NCBI RefSeq assembly: GCF_000743755.1
Contig: NW_014569543.1
Coordinates: 62,001 to 107,108 of the forward strand
Reading direction: 5' to 3'
Length of the DNA: 45,108 nucleotides
Source: Blastocystis sp. subtype 4
Lineage: Eukaryota
In this document: in pieces, positions 10,559-21,068 of the stretch
Position numbering within the stretch: position 1 is the stretch's first letter
Layout of the letters: every line of letters starts with the position of its first letter
Made by a program: the position numbers and the translations under genes
Notes under the pieces: model-generated
Database searches by the model: none
What the model was told of the DNA's origin: nothing
The model's input: the letters and a program-made list of their open reading frames with translations, nothing else

Positions 10559-13500
10559 ATGAGCGGATTTCTTCTCCTCCTGTCGTGCTCTCTTGTCTTA
10601 ATCTCCGCTTCACGAGTAGACACGATGATCTTTGCCCCATGGGTATCATCAAAACAGTCTCTGCTACTGGAAGCTGCGTATTTTTGTTGAACTCATTATC
10701 TGAATTATAGAGAGTATTTTACTCATTTTGGTAAGAGTGATTTCTATGCTTTTGTGGATGCGATTGTTGCTTCGGATGTCGAAACCATGGAGCATGAAGA
10801 GAAGCAGTCGTGGATATACGATTATTGCATGAAGAAGTATTCCTTTGACTCCTGTTCCTTGTTGCGTCTATCCTTGGCAACGAGGTACTTCTCGTTTCGG
10901 TTATGTAATATATAGAGAATATCTTCCCAAAGTGACGATGTTCCAAGACATAGCGACGCATTTTATGTCTTTGTGCCCCAAAAGTGACACATTCGCTGTA
11001 TCTGTATCTAGTTATGCATGTTCCGTCGATGACCTGTTGAAAGGAGTTTCATATCCTCCTGATTTTCCCCTTGACGAACAGCAACGTAGAGAACTCCTTT
11101 CTCAACACGAATTTGACCACTCTTCGGAAGCATCCGCTTCTATTGTCATCTTCTCTTCCTATCAACACGACTTGGCTTCTTGGCTCTCTCTACTTAGATC
11201 ACAGAACCTCTCATATCTTCTTCGTCCATTTCACAGTCAGTCGACACATGTAACTAAAACAACACGACTAGGTGGTTACGGAATCGCTCTCGATATTAAG
11301 AATACTGAGTACAAGGTGTTGGATGATCGAAGCAGTGCTGGAGTGCGTCTCATGGAGAATGATGCTGTGGAAGGGGAGTTGGAGACCGATACTAACGGCT
11401 TTTACTTCGCTACTTTGAAGAATCGGTATCCCTCTCTAGAAAAGGAACTGCAAGCTTTCAAAGAGAGTCTTCAACAGGAAGAGGAAGCAACAGCTGAGTC
11501 TATTCCTCCTCTCCAAATGAAGGATTTGGGTCTAAAAGCTGTACAACGCATTACTCACAGTCAGGATCCATTACGACAGCTTATGGAAGTGAGTTGTAAT
11601 CTCCCTGCTGTAGCTGCTTCTATTGCACGTGTACCTGTGGGAGAGAATCTGAAGGATGAAGTAATGAAGATGAATGAACTTTATGGGACAGAAAGTGGTT
11701 CTATATATGTGAATGACCAGCGTTTGTCATTCACTTCCACTTCATTCAATGTGTTTGAATTCCAACATATACTGAGAGATGTTCTAGATTTTAAGAGAGA
11801 ACGAGAAGCAATGAATCTAAGTGAGAGTGATATCCAGTCTCTCAGTGAGATTCTCTCCTCCTATGAAGATCAGAAACGCGAACATATAACACGTTTGTCT
11901 CCCACGGTTCTATCGAATCCATTTATCACATATTTGAACGATATTCAGCGAGATAAGCGTTATTCTCGTTATTCCTCTTCTGTTAGTCGTTTCTTGATGC
12001 CTCTATTTCAGTTACCAACAGTCCGAGCGAATTATCTCTCACGAGTGGTCGTATTGGATCCTCAGCATATTGATATGGGTGTCCTTCAGTCTATGTATGA
12101 GTTCATTCACCAGGGTTATCCTGTACAATGGGGAGTTGTACTATATTCGCCATCAGCTCTCCAACAGTTGAAGGAAGCGATTCCTGACCTGGAGAAGGAC
12201 GAGACGATCTCAGCTGCTCAGCTCATGGAACTATCGATTGCTCTTACAGAGACTGACACTAAGCTTCTGTTGATTGTATTCCTAAACAACTTCTTCGCTG
12301 GCTCAGATCACTCTGTGAGAGCTGCTCTACGTCTCTTTGATGAGTTGGTTGATAGAGATGGAAGTAAGGTGTTACAATCTGAAATATATTGGAGCAAGGC
12401 AAGAGCGATGTGTGAATGGGTTGAAGAATTGGGATTAGATGCAGAAAAGGAGATATTCAATGGTCAGGTATCGTCATTACGGTCTATTGAATCATTCTTC
12501 CAAGCTATTTCAGTGGAGATTGATCGTATTGTTGAGGGTGTGAAATCGGAAGCTATCAAGAATATGAGTGATATTCAGTCGTATCTGTATAGTCATAGTC
12601 AGGTCTTTGATGTTTATATCCCTGAGTTATCATTATCATTCACTTCACAAACATACTCTCAACTAGATATGACATTGGATGAAGGTGATAAAGGTGTTGT
12701 TGTATTGTCTCTTCCTTCATTATCATACTTTATCACAGCATTGTCATCTATATCACTGTTTGGAGATTATTCTCTTTATCTCACTACTCCATTAACTCCT
12801 CTGATACCTCTGTTTCATGCTATTCAGCGTATCAACGCTCTTGATTCCTTTACGGAAGTATTGATCTGTTTGAAGGATGAGAATTTATCAACAGAACGAA
12901 TTCAGAGCTGTTTGGAGTTATATCTGGAGGAGGAGGAACTTCAGAACTTGGGAGAGGATTGGAAAACAGAAGAATCTCATACTGAACTGAATCAGAAGTT
13001 ACAGAAGTACTTCTCCTCCTCTCAAATCGAAATCCTTTTGAATGGACGTTCTATTGTCCTCTCTACACTCACTCCATCCATTGTCAAAGCTTTACTAGAT
13101 ATGGATCAGATCCTTTCAACTCCTATCCATTCTCTTCTTCCTACGTAGGTCTTACCAGCTGATTTGATTTTAGACATTCTCTCCAGAGTCTGTTGCCTTT
13201 TGTTCACAGCCATCTGAACTATTTCCTCACATCATCTCTCGCGTTGCCCTCATCTTCATTGCTAAGGATCCATGATTCCCAGAAGGATTCGGTTATTCGA
13301 ATCCAAGCCATTCTCAATCCATTGACCAAGGAAATGCAACGTCTTTCGTCTCTTCTTGTTGAACTACGATCAATTCTTCCAATCTCCTACGAGATCCTGC
13401 TTCTCCCTGAAAGCGATTACTCTTCTCTTCCTCTTATGCGTTTCTATCGATATGTTCTCCAAGACTCTTCACAAGCAGTATGGCATAATCTCCCGAATCA

Positions 13501-15123
13501 TTACGTGTACACGATGGCAGTGGAAGTTCCATTCAAATGGAATGTGGTTGCATATTATGCTGAGTGTGATACTGATAATCTCCGTATTTCAGATGACTTC
13601 ACATATATTCTCACTCAGTACATTGTTGATGGAGTGATTCTGGAAGGTATCAGAGAATTGAGGAATGAACTCTAGGGTCATGCTATGATGAAATGAAGAA
13701 TCCTGCTAGTGGTGTCATGCTTCAACTCACGAATTATGGAATGACTGAAATTGTCAGTGATACGGTAGTTATGAATAACCGCGGATATTGGCAATTGCGA
13801 GGAAACATGGGAGTGTATGAAGTATCTGTGAGTAAAGATTCTCCAGGGAAAGCACTAGTGTCTGAGAATGGTACACTATGGTTAACGAAACCAGTAGGTG
13901 AGAGAATCAACCTATAGCTCTAGATATTCCAATGGAACCATTTGGAGGAAAATATACCGTTGAAATTGACAACTGTAGAAATGGAGAAAAAGGAGCCAAA
14001 AGTGGAATCACTTGCAGATAAGCTGAAATCGAAGTTCTTCACATCTAAACATTCTCATATTGGAGAAGCAATTGATGAATTAGCGAATGAATCTGATGAA
14101 GAGTAGAATCAGGCCGATTTCTGACATTTAGAATAAATGTGTTCTCATTGGCATCAGGTCATCTGTATGAGCGATTCTTGAAAATCATGATGAAATCTGT
14201 GAGTTCGGAAGCCTCAAAACGAGTTCACTTTTGGTTGATCGAGAATTTCCTGTCTCCTCAGTTTAAGGATTCAGTTCCTTCATTATGTGCTCATTACGGA
14301 TATAACGTCAGCTATGTTAGTTACAAGTGGCCACGATGGGTATGGCCACAATCAGAGAAACAGCGCATTATCTGGGCATACAAGATCCTGTTCCTAGATG
14401 TCTTGTTCCCACTTAAGGTTAAGAAAGTTGTAAAATGGAGTGGGTTGAAGAGTAGATCATTTATGTTGATGCTGATCAGGTGGCTCGAGTTGACTTGAAT
14501 GAATTGTGGGAGATGGATATTCATGATCATGTGTATGCTTATACTCCATTGTGTACATCAAATCCGGAAACAAAGGGATTCATGGTATTCTAGAAAGAAG
14601 AAGATAATGTGTAGTTCTGGACTCAAGGATACTGGAAAGATCACCTCCGTGGTAAACCTTATCACATTAGCGCCTTGTATAAGGTTGATCTAGATGTATG
14701 GATGAATGAATGAATCTGATGTAGTTACTTCGTAAACGAGGTGTTGGTGATATATTGAGAACAGTATATAATGGTTTATCGCAAGATCCTAACTCTCTAT
14801 CAAATCTGGATCAGGATTTACCCAACTTCATCCAAGATCAAGTTCCAATCTACAGTCTTCCACAAGAATGGTTGTGGTGTGAGTCGTGGTGCAGTATGGA
14901 GAGTAAGAAAGATGCAAAGACTATTGATTTGTGCAACAACCCTCTTCATAAGGTAATTGTGTTAGACGGCTCTAATGAATAGGAACCCAAATTGGATATG
15001 GCAAAACGTGTCATTTCAGGACCTCTGTTTAAAGAAAATTGGGTAACATTGGATGAAGATATTCATTCATTCGAGGAATCCAATAAGCAGATGGAAAGAA
15101 GGAAGCCTGTACAGTTTGAATAG
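10559..15123 (+). CDS. UGGT: UDP-glucose:glycoprotein glucosyltransferase
   Basis: Signal peptide [113 protein letters not shown]. Multiple ~30-nt GT-AG introns. Confidence 0.95.
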
Positions 15124-15227
15124 TCATTTGATGTGTTTATTATGAGAATGAAAGTATTTAGGGGTGTCCCAATTAAGAACAATTAAGGTCTAGGATATCA
15201 TGTCATCATTTTCCCGATATACAAAGA

Positions 15228-18200
15228 ATGCCAAAGAAACCAGAATTAGAGAATACTGAAAACCTCTTGTTCAGTGCATATATCGAGGTTTCGATGAAGA
15301 AAGAGTATGATCTATGTTACTAAGTTCATTTGATAGTTCGAAGGGTACAATCGTTCCCTATGTCTCAAAGCAGTTCCCTGAGAACAGTACAAAGTCGCTA
15401 CCTGGAGATCTTCCCTTCTTCATTACTCCCGATTATAATGAGATCAAGCCTCTAAGTGTATATGAACCGTATCTCTTTGGACTCGTTTTGCGTGATTCTA
15501 TAGACAGGAATACACTGTTGTCCTTACTGGAGACAATGGAGAGCGTTTGTATGGATTCTGTCGTCGTTATCTTCCTGAAGGTATTGGAGGTAGATACGAT
15601 GTGGGTGAGAGACTCCCTCAAGTGATTTGTTATGTAACTCGCAGGTACGAATAGTGGTGAAAGCTAAGTTGAAGACCTTACTTTACCATCTTCTCTCATC
15701 TAGTAAAGATTACCCAGACCATGACTCGTCTGGAGCCTGAGAAGGTTCTCGATTTTGTGAATGAGTGTCGTAAAACATCTCTTCCAGAGCCTGGAGAGAA
15801 GTTCTACATTGGAGAATATGAGTTCATTCGTCCTCGTGATATGGATGCTCCTTTGATCGATGTGAAGCTTGCTCCTTTGGTATCTCGTTTCGATGTGAAG
15901 AGTCTGATTAACCTTCTTTCTTCCTTGATGTGTGAGAAGAGAATCATATTCATTGGAGATAACCTTACTGTTCTCTCAGAATGCATTCATGCCGCTGTTG
16001 CCATTCTGTTGTCTCTATGATCCTGGTTTACTCATAGTTGCCCCTTCTCTTGGCATCATATTTTCATTCCCATTGTTCCTGCTTCATTACTATCATATGT
16101 CACTGCTCCTATGCCATTCCTTGTGGGAATCAAGCGTACTCTTCAACCTGCTTTAGACAAGCTGCCTATGGAAGCTGTATCACATTAGTTTTCCTTATGA
16201 TTCGTAGTGTGTCTATGTGGATGTTGATAACGGAACTATTGCATATGATGAGCGTGATCCTATCATTGATCTCTATCCAAAGAATACTGTTCCTACTGGT
16301 TCCATGGGAGGTGTAGGTAAGTCTGTGTCGACAGTAGGATAGATTGATATGTCTGATAGTGTAGTTGGAGAAGAAGATGGGTGTAGACATGTCAAGTGTT
16401 CGTAGCACAATCTCTGTACTATCGCGTGCTGGACATAAGGCTCGTGAAACTCTCCAAGGTGTGGATCCCGTTGATTTCCTTGTGCGTGCATTGAAGTATA
16501 AGAATTAGAATGAGATTATGAGTAGCTATGCAAAACAGATTGCAGTAGGACGAGCTGTATTAGAAGAGGATCGTCTGTTCTATTCATTCTTGTCCTTCTT
16601 TGTTTCTGTATTTGGCTGTTACAATCAGTTCTTCACAACGAGTACTGAAAAGGAAACAAAGGGAGAACTGGTTTTTGACCGAGTGGCATATCTGGAGAAT
16701 TTCGCTAAGCATGTGAAAGGACCTTTAAACGATGTACTAAAGGAGTTTCCACATTCTCAAATGTTTGAACGTTTCATTGAACGTCGTCTACAAGTGGAAG
16801 CAAAAGTATTGTCACCTCGGGACCTTCAAGAAGGATTATTTGAGAAGTTGTGTGTAATGACAGATGGAACATTCTCTCCTACAGTAGTTAAGGATAAGGT
16901 GAACAAAGTGTAAGGTATGAAGAACAGGATGATAGATAGAAAGGAAGGGTTAACAAAAGAAGCTTCTAGGTATCGTAATTTGGTGATTGAGATTACTTCA
17001 AACAACAGTTCTCGAATCAGTGTGCCAAAAACACTTCACACTTTAGCTACAGCAACCTTCTCTTCTGAGACTTGTGGAGAGATTTTGGATACATTGTGGT
17101 GGCGATGTAATGATTCTGCTGCTGGTAACTGGAAGCATGGTTTGAAGGCTCTTCAAGCATTAGCATATCTGTTAGTTAATGGATCTGAACGTGTTGTATC
17201 TGAAACTATTCAGAACATTCACAACGTGTTGCCTTTTGTTGATTATGAGAACAAGTCCCTTAACTCTCAGCGTATTCAACAGAGTATGATTGATTGAGAT
17301 TGGTCACAAATAGTTCAACTCTTTGGACAGCGTACGTATCGTCTGCTGGTGGAAACAATGCGTTTACAGCGAGAACGTGCTCGTGTTGCTGAGAAGCGTG
17401 GTCCTGTGAAACATGTTTCTGGAGAGACGACTGAAGATGAAACTCCTGAAGGTGAGAACATTAGTATTATTCTTGGCAATGATACTGTGGAGACCACGAA
17501 AATGCGTTCATTGGATCTATCAAAGGCATTTGATGAGGACTTTGCTGCAATTCACAGTGCTCTGAGACCTTCTACGGATATTCTCCCAGTCTCGTTATCG
17601 AGCACGGTAGCCTCAGCAGTGAATACAGATATCTTTGCTAGTAAGATCGGTTCCAGCAGTACGAATCTGAAGGGCAAGAAGAAGCTTTTGGATCCAACTG
17701 CGATTCTGGGAGGTGATGGTATGCCTGTATTGCAAGCACAGAAATCGGTGGCATCTCTGAGTGCTGAGGAGCCTGAAGAGAAACCAAAGAAGAAGGTGGT
17801 GCGTAAGGTTGTCAAGAAGGTTGTGAAGAAGAAGGCTCCTGTTGCAGAGGAGCCTGAGGAACCAGCTGAGGTTGGAGAATCGTTGGAGCCTGAAGAACCT
17901 GAGAAGCCTATGGCAGATGAGGAGAAACCAAAGAAGAAGGTGGTGCGTAAGGTTGTAAAGAAGGTTGTGAAGAAGAAGGCTCCTGAACCTGAGCCCGAAG
18001 AGGATTTGTTGGGAGGATTTGGTGATGAGAAGCCAAAGGAGGAACCTGAAGAGACCCTGCTAGATGGATTTGAAGAGGAGCCTGAGGAGAAACCAAAGAA
18101 GAAGGTCGTGCGTAAGGTTGTGAAGAAGGTTGTGAAGAAGAAGGCTCCTGAACCTGAGCCTGAGGAAGATCTGTTGGGAGGATTCGGTGATGCTCCTGCA

Positions 18201-18914
18201 CCAGAGCCTGAAGAGGATTTGTTAGGCTTTAACGAAGCTCCTGCTCAGCAACCTGAACCTGAGGAAGATTTGTTGGGAGGATTTGAGGAAGCTCCCATGG
18301 AGGAGAAGCCAAAGAAGAAGGTTGTGAAGAAGAAGGCCCCTGAACCCGAACCTGAGGAGGATTTACTGGGTGACTTTGGTGAGGCTCCTGTTGAGGAGAA
18401 GCCAAAGAAGGTGGTGAAGAAAGTGGTGAAGAAGAAGGCTCCTGAACCTGAACCCGAACCTGAAGAGGATCTGTTGGGTGATTTCGGTGAGGCTCCCGTA
18501 GAAGAGAAACCGAAGAAGGTGGTGAAGAAAGTAGTCAAGAAGGTTGTGAAGAAGAAAGCTCCTGAACCTGAACCTGAGCCTGAAGAGGATTTACTGGGCG
18601 GCTTTGACGAGGCTCCTGCACAACCTGAACACCATCCTGAGGATGATCTGTTAAATGGATTTGATGATTTTGATATTGATCACTTTGATGAAACCCCTGA
18701 AATCGAAGATGACTTTGAGGAAGAGGAGAAACCAAAGAAGAAGGTGGTGAAGAAAGTGGTAAAGAAGGCAGTAAAGAAGCCCGAACCAGAAGAAGACGAG
18801 TTTGATGTCCCTGAAGAAGAAGAGAAACCAAAGAAAAAGGTAGTAAAGAAAGTAGTAAAGAAAGTGGTGAAGAAGAAGGAACCAGAACCAGAAGAGGATT
18901 TCCTGAATTTCTAA
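15228..18914 (+). CDS. DENN-domain (DENND1/2-like Rab GEF) protein fused to an internal ENTH domain and an acidic/basic repeat tail
   Basis: After splicing: VLTGDNGERLYGFCRRYLP (uDENN), EKRIIF...PFSWHHIFIPIVPASLLSYVTAPMPFLVG (cDENN), SQMFERFIERR (dDENN), and LWWRCND...NWKHGLKALQALAYLLVNGSERVV...RLQRERAR (ENTH). Confidence 0.85.
17769..18911 (+). repeat. Coding repeat array: alternating KPKKKVV(K/R)KVVKK blocks and EPEEDLLG(G/D)F blocks
   Basis: About 8 basic KKVV blocks and 8 DLL motifs, counted in ORF 17349-18914. Confidence 0.95.
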
Positions 18915-18920
18915 GATTTA

Positions 18921-18928
18921 TGTTTGTT
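18921..18928 (+). terminator. TGTTTGTT polyadenylation motif (DENN-ENTH gene)
   Basis: 6 nt after TAA 18914. Confidence 0.8.
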
Positions 18929-18998
18929 TGATATTTATCAATGGAATGACGAAATACCCCTGTTTTTCTCCTATCATATGGAAAACTTAATTCTTGAA

Positions 18999-19763
18999 AT
19001 GGTGTCTGTTGCGTTGTTCATTCCGAATATTATCGGCTATATTAGAGCTGTAACGGGTATTCTTTCGTTTTACTTTGTTGATTCTAATCCTACGTCGAAG
19101 TTGATAACTTGGATTGATTTGTAGTGCTTTTTGTTGGCTATACTTTATAAGCTACATTCTGGATGCATTGGATGGAGTCTGTGCAAGAAGGTTCAATCAA
19201 TGTAAGTCAAGCTTATTCGTTTGTAATCTGAAGGTTCTCACTTTGGAGCCGTATTGGATATGATCTGCGATCGTTTCTGTACAGCTTCATTGTATCTCTC
19301 TCTTTCTAATGTTTTCCCGGATTATAAGTACTACTACACTCTTCTTCTGATTCTCGAGATTACAAGTCATTGGATTCAGATGTATAGGTGAGTTTTAGTA
19401 CTTTCAATTATTTATAGTGCAGCACTTGTTGGTAAAAGCCATAAGGCGCTTGATAGCGAGCGTCCTTTTATTCTCCGTTTTTATTACGTTGTTCCTTATT
19501 CGTTATTCTTCGTTTGTCTTCTAAACGAGACATATATCGTCAGTAGTTATGTGCTCTACTAGTAAGGATGTTATTTTGACTTGATGATTAGTATGGACAA
19601 GGGACTTATTAGTATGACATGGAGATGGATGTGGAAGCTTATCAATAAGTACTTCTTCCCTGTATTCGTTTTCAAGCAAATTGTGTCCCTTGTGGCTCTT
19701 GTTGATAGCTCAAAGACAATCATTGAATTGGATGAGCGAGAAAGAAAGGAAAAGAAGAACTAA
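18999..19763 (+). CDS. PIS1: CDP-diacylglycerol--inositol 3-phosphatidyltransferase (phosphatidylinositol synthase)
   Basis: LFIPNIIGYIR; CDP-alcohol phosphatidyltransferase motif LDALDGVCARRFNQCSHFGAVLDMICDR; SHW. Four GT-AG introns; C-terminal KEKKN. Confidence 0.93.
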
Positions 19764-19773
19764 ATATGCTGAG

Positions 19774-19781
19774 TGTTTGTT
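19774..19781 (+). terminator. TGTTTGTT polyadenylation motif (PIS1)
   Basis: 10 nt after TAA 19763. Confidence 0.8.
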
Positions 19782-19816
19782 TTCACAATCTCCTTCTTTC
19801 ATGATAAAGGTGTTGG

Positions 19817-20953
19817 ATGGGTAATCCAGCCTTTGTGTTTTACTTAATTGTTTTGTTGGTGGCATGGGAATCAGTCTGTATTAGGAATGCATATGCTGAT
19901 TTGCCTATTGAGTCTACTTTACTATATTTCAAACATTTAGTACTCTATGGAGTAGATATGAATACCTCTGAAACAAGATTCGCGGAGGTCGGCGATTCTT
20001 TGAATATACCGAGTCCAAGGACGATTGTGAATCTGTCTACAACTATTCCCCCAGTGACTATTCCACAAAATGTATCTGGGATACCATCTTGTTCTCTTTA
20101 TATGAATAACTGTGAAAATTGGGAAGAGGAGAGGCATAAGTTTCTTTACCGCTTCCGTACTCATAATTCTAGTGCGATCTATCTGATTATTGTGAATTAT
20201 CATTATGGAGTCTATTCTTCATATTCCTTTTTGAATGAATCCTTCTTTCCTCGTTTTGCCCATCATTTCCATTTTGACTTTGATGTTGTGTATTTTGGTC
20301 CAAGATATAACGAGACAGTTCGGATTCTGTGTAATCGCTTGTCCAATGGTGGGTTCTACTCCTATCACACCGTGAATGTAGCCTTAGCACTGTTTAAAGA
20401 TGCAGCCGAACGCCCTTATGCTGGGTACCTGCTTATGAATGATGACAGTTATGTGGATCCTCAATTCCTGAATTCCTTGAATCTGAATTCCAGTCTGTCA
20501 GAACCAACAAAGAAGTATCATAATTCCAGTTACTGGGACTGGAAAATCCGAAGCAATAGTCGTGGAGTTCGTTTTCCAGTTGCCTTGAATCGTGCCATCA
20601 TGCTTCTAATAGAAGACCCCGAAGTGAATGAAACCTGTCAGTTTAGTAATCCAGACAATACACGTCGTGGGTTTTCTGATTTCTTCTACATTGCAGCACC
20701 GGATATTGATCTGTTTTTGAAAATGTCAACAGTCATGTATTCTCAACGAGTCTTTCTGGAGATGGCCGTTCCCACGATGATGTACTGTCTGACTAAGGAA
20801 ACAGTGATTGACTGTAATCATGGAATGATGCCGATGCGAAAAACTTGTGTTCATATGCATCCTGTCAAGTATTCTGATCGTAGTATGCAGCAATTAGCTC
20901 TCAAACGTCTGGAACATGTGAATATGAATCGTTTGCCTAAACGAAACTGGTAG
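19817..20953 (+). CDS. Putative glycosyltransferase, STELLO/DUF288-like
   Basis: N-terminal hydrophobic anchor; GYLLMNDD, SDFFYI, VFLEMAVPT..CL and HPVK resemble the DUF288/STELLO C-terminal region. Start uncertain (possible 29-nt intron near 19911-19939). Confidence 0.55.
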   Translation: MGNPAFVFYLIVLLVAWESVCIRNAYADLPIESTLLYFKHLVLYGVDMNTSETRFAEVGDSLNIPSPRTIVNLSTTIPPVTIPQNVSGIPSCSLYMNNCENWEEERHKFLYRFRTHNSSAIYLIIVNYHYGVYSSYSFLNESFFPRFAHHFHFDFDVVYFGPRYNETVRILCNRLSNGGFYSYHTVNVALALFKDAAERPYAGYLLMNDDSYVDPQFLNSLNLNSSLSEPTKKYHNSSYWDWKIRSNSRGVRFPVALNRAIMLLIEDPEVNETCQFSNPDNTRRGFSDFFYIAAPDIDLFLKMSTVMYSQRVFLEMAVPTMMYCLTKETVIDCNHGMMPMRKTCVHMHPVKYSDRSMQQLALKRLEHVNMNRLPKRNW

Positions 20954-20960
20954 AAGATGT

Positions 20961-20968
20961 TGTTTGTT
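20961..20968 (+). terminator. TGTTTGTT polyadenylation motif (STELLO-like gene)
   Basis: 7 nt after TAG 20953. Confidence 0.8.
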
Positions 20969-21068
20969 ATCAGTTGAATCAGGTCATTAGGATAAATTCC
21001 CGCGGTATTCACTCAAATAAAGAAAGAGCAAATTCTCTTTGGATTGGATTCGAAGCTCAAACCAAAGA

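Noticed and set aside
11051..11085. ATATCCTC...CCTTGAC...AC in UGGT looks like a second AT-AC intron
   Set aside because: The candidate lengths (29 or 35 nt) would break a frame that is open and UGGT-like on both sides.
17552..18831. Antisense T/F/S-rich ORFs (also the + strand ORFs at 27429-28647)
   Set aside because: Shadow ORFs of low-complexity coding repeats on the opposite strand.
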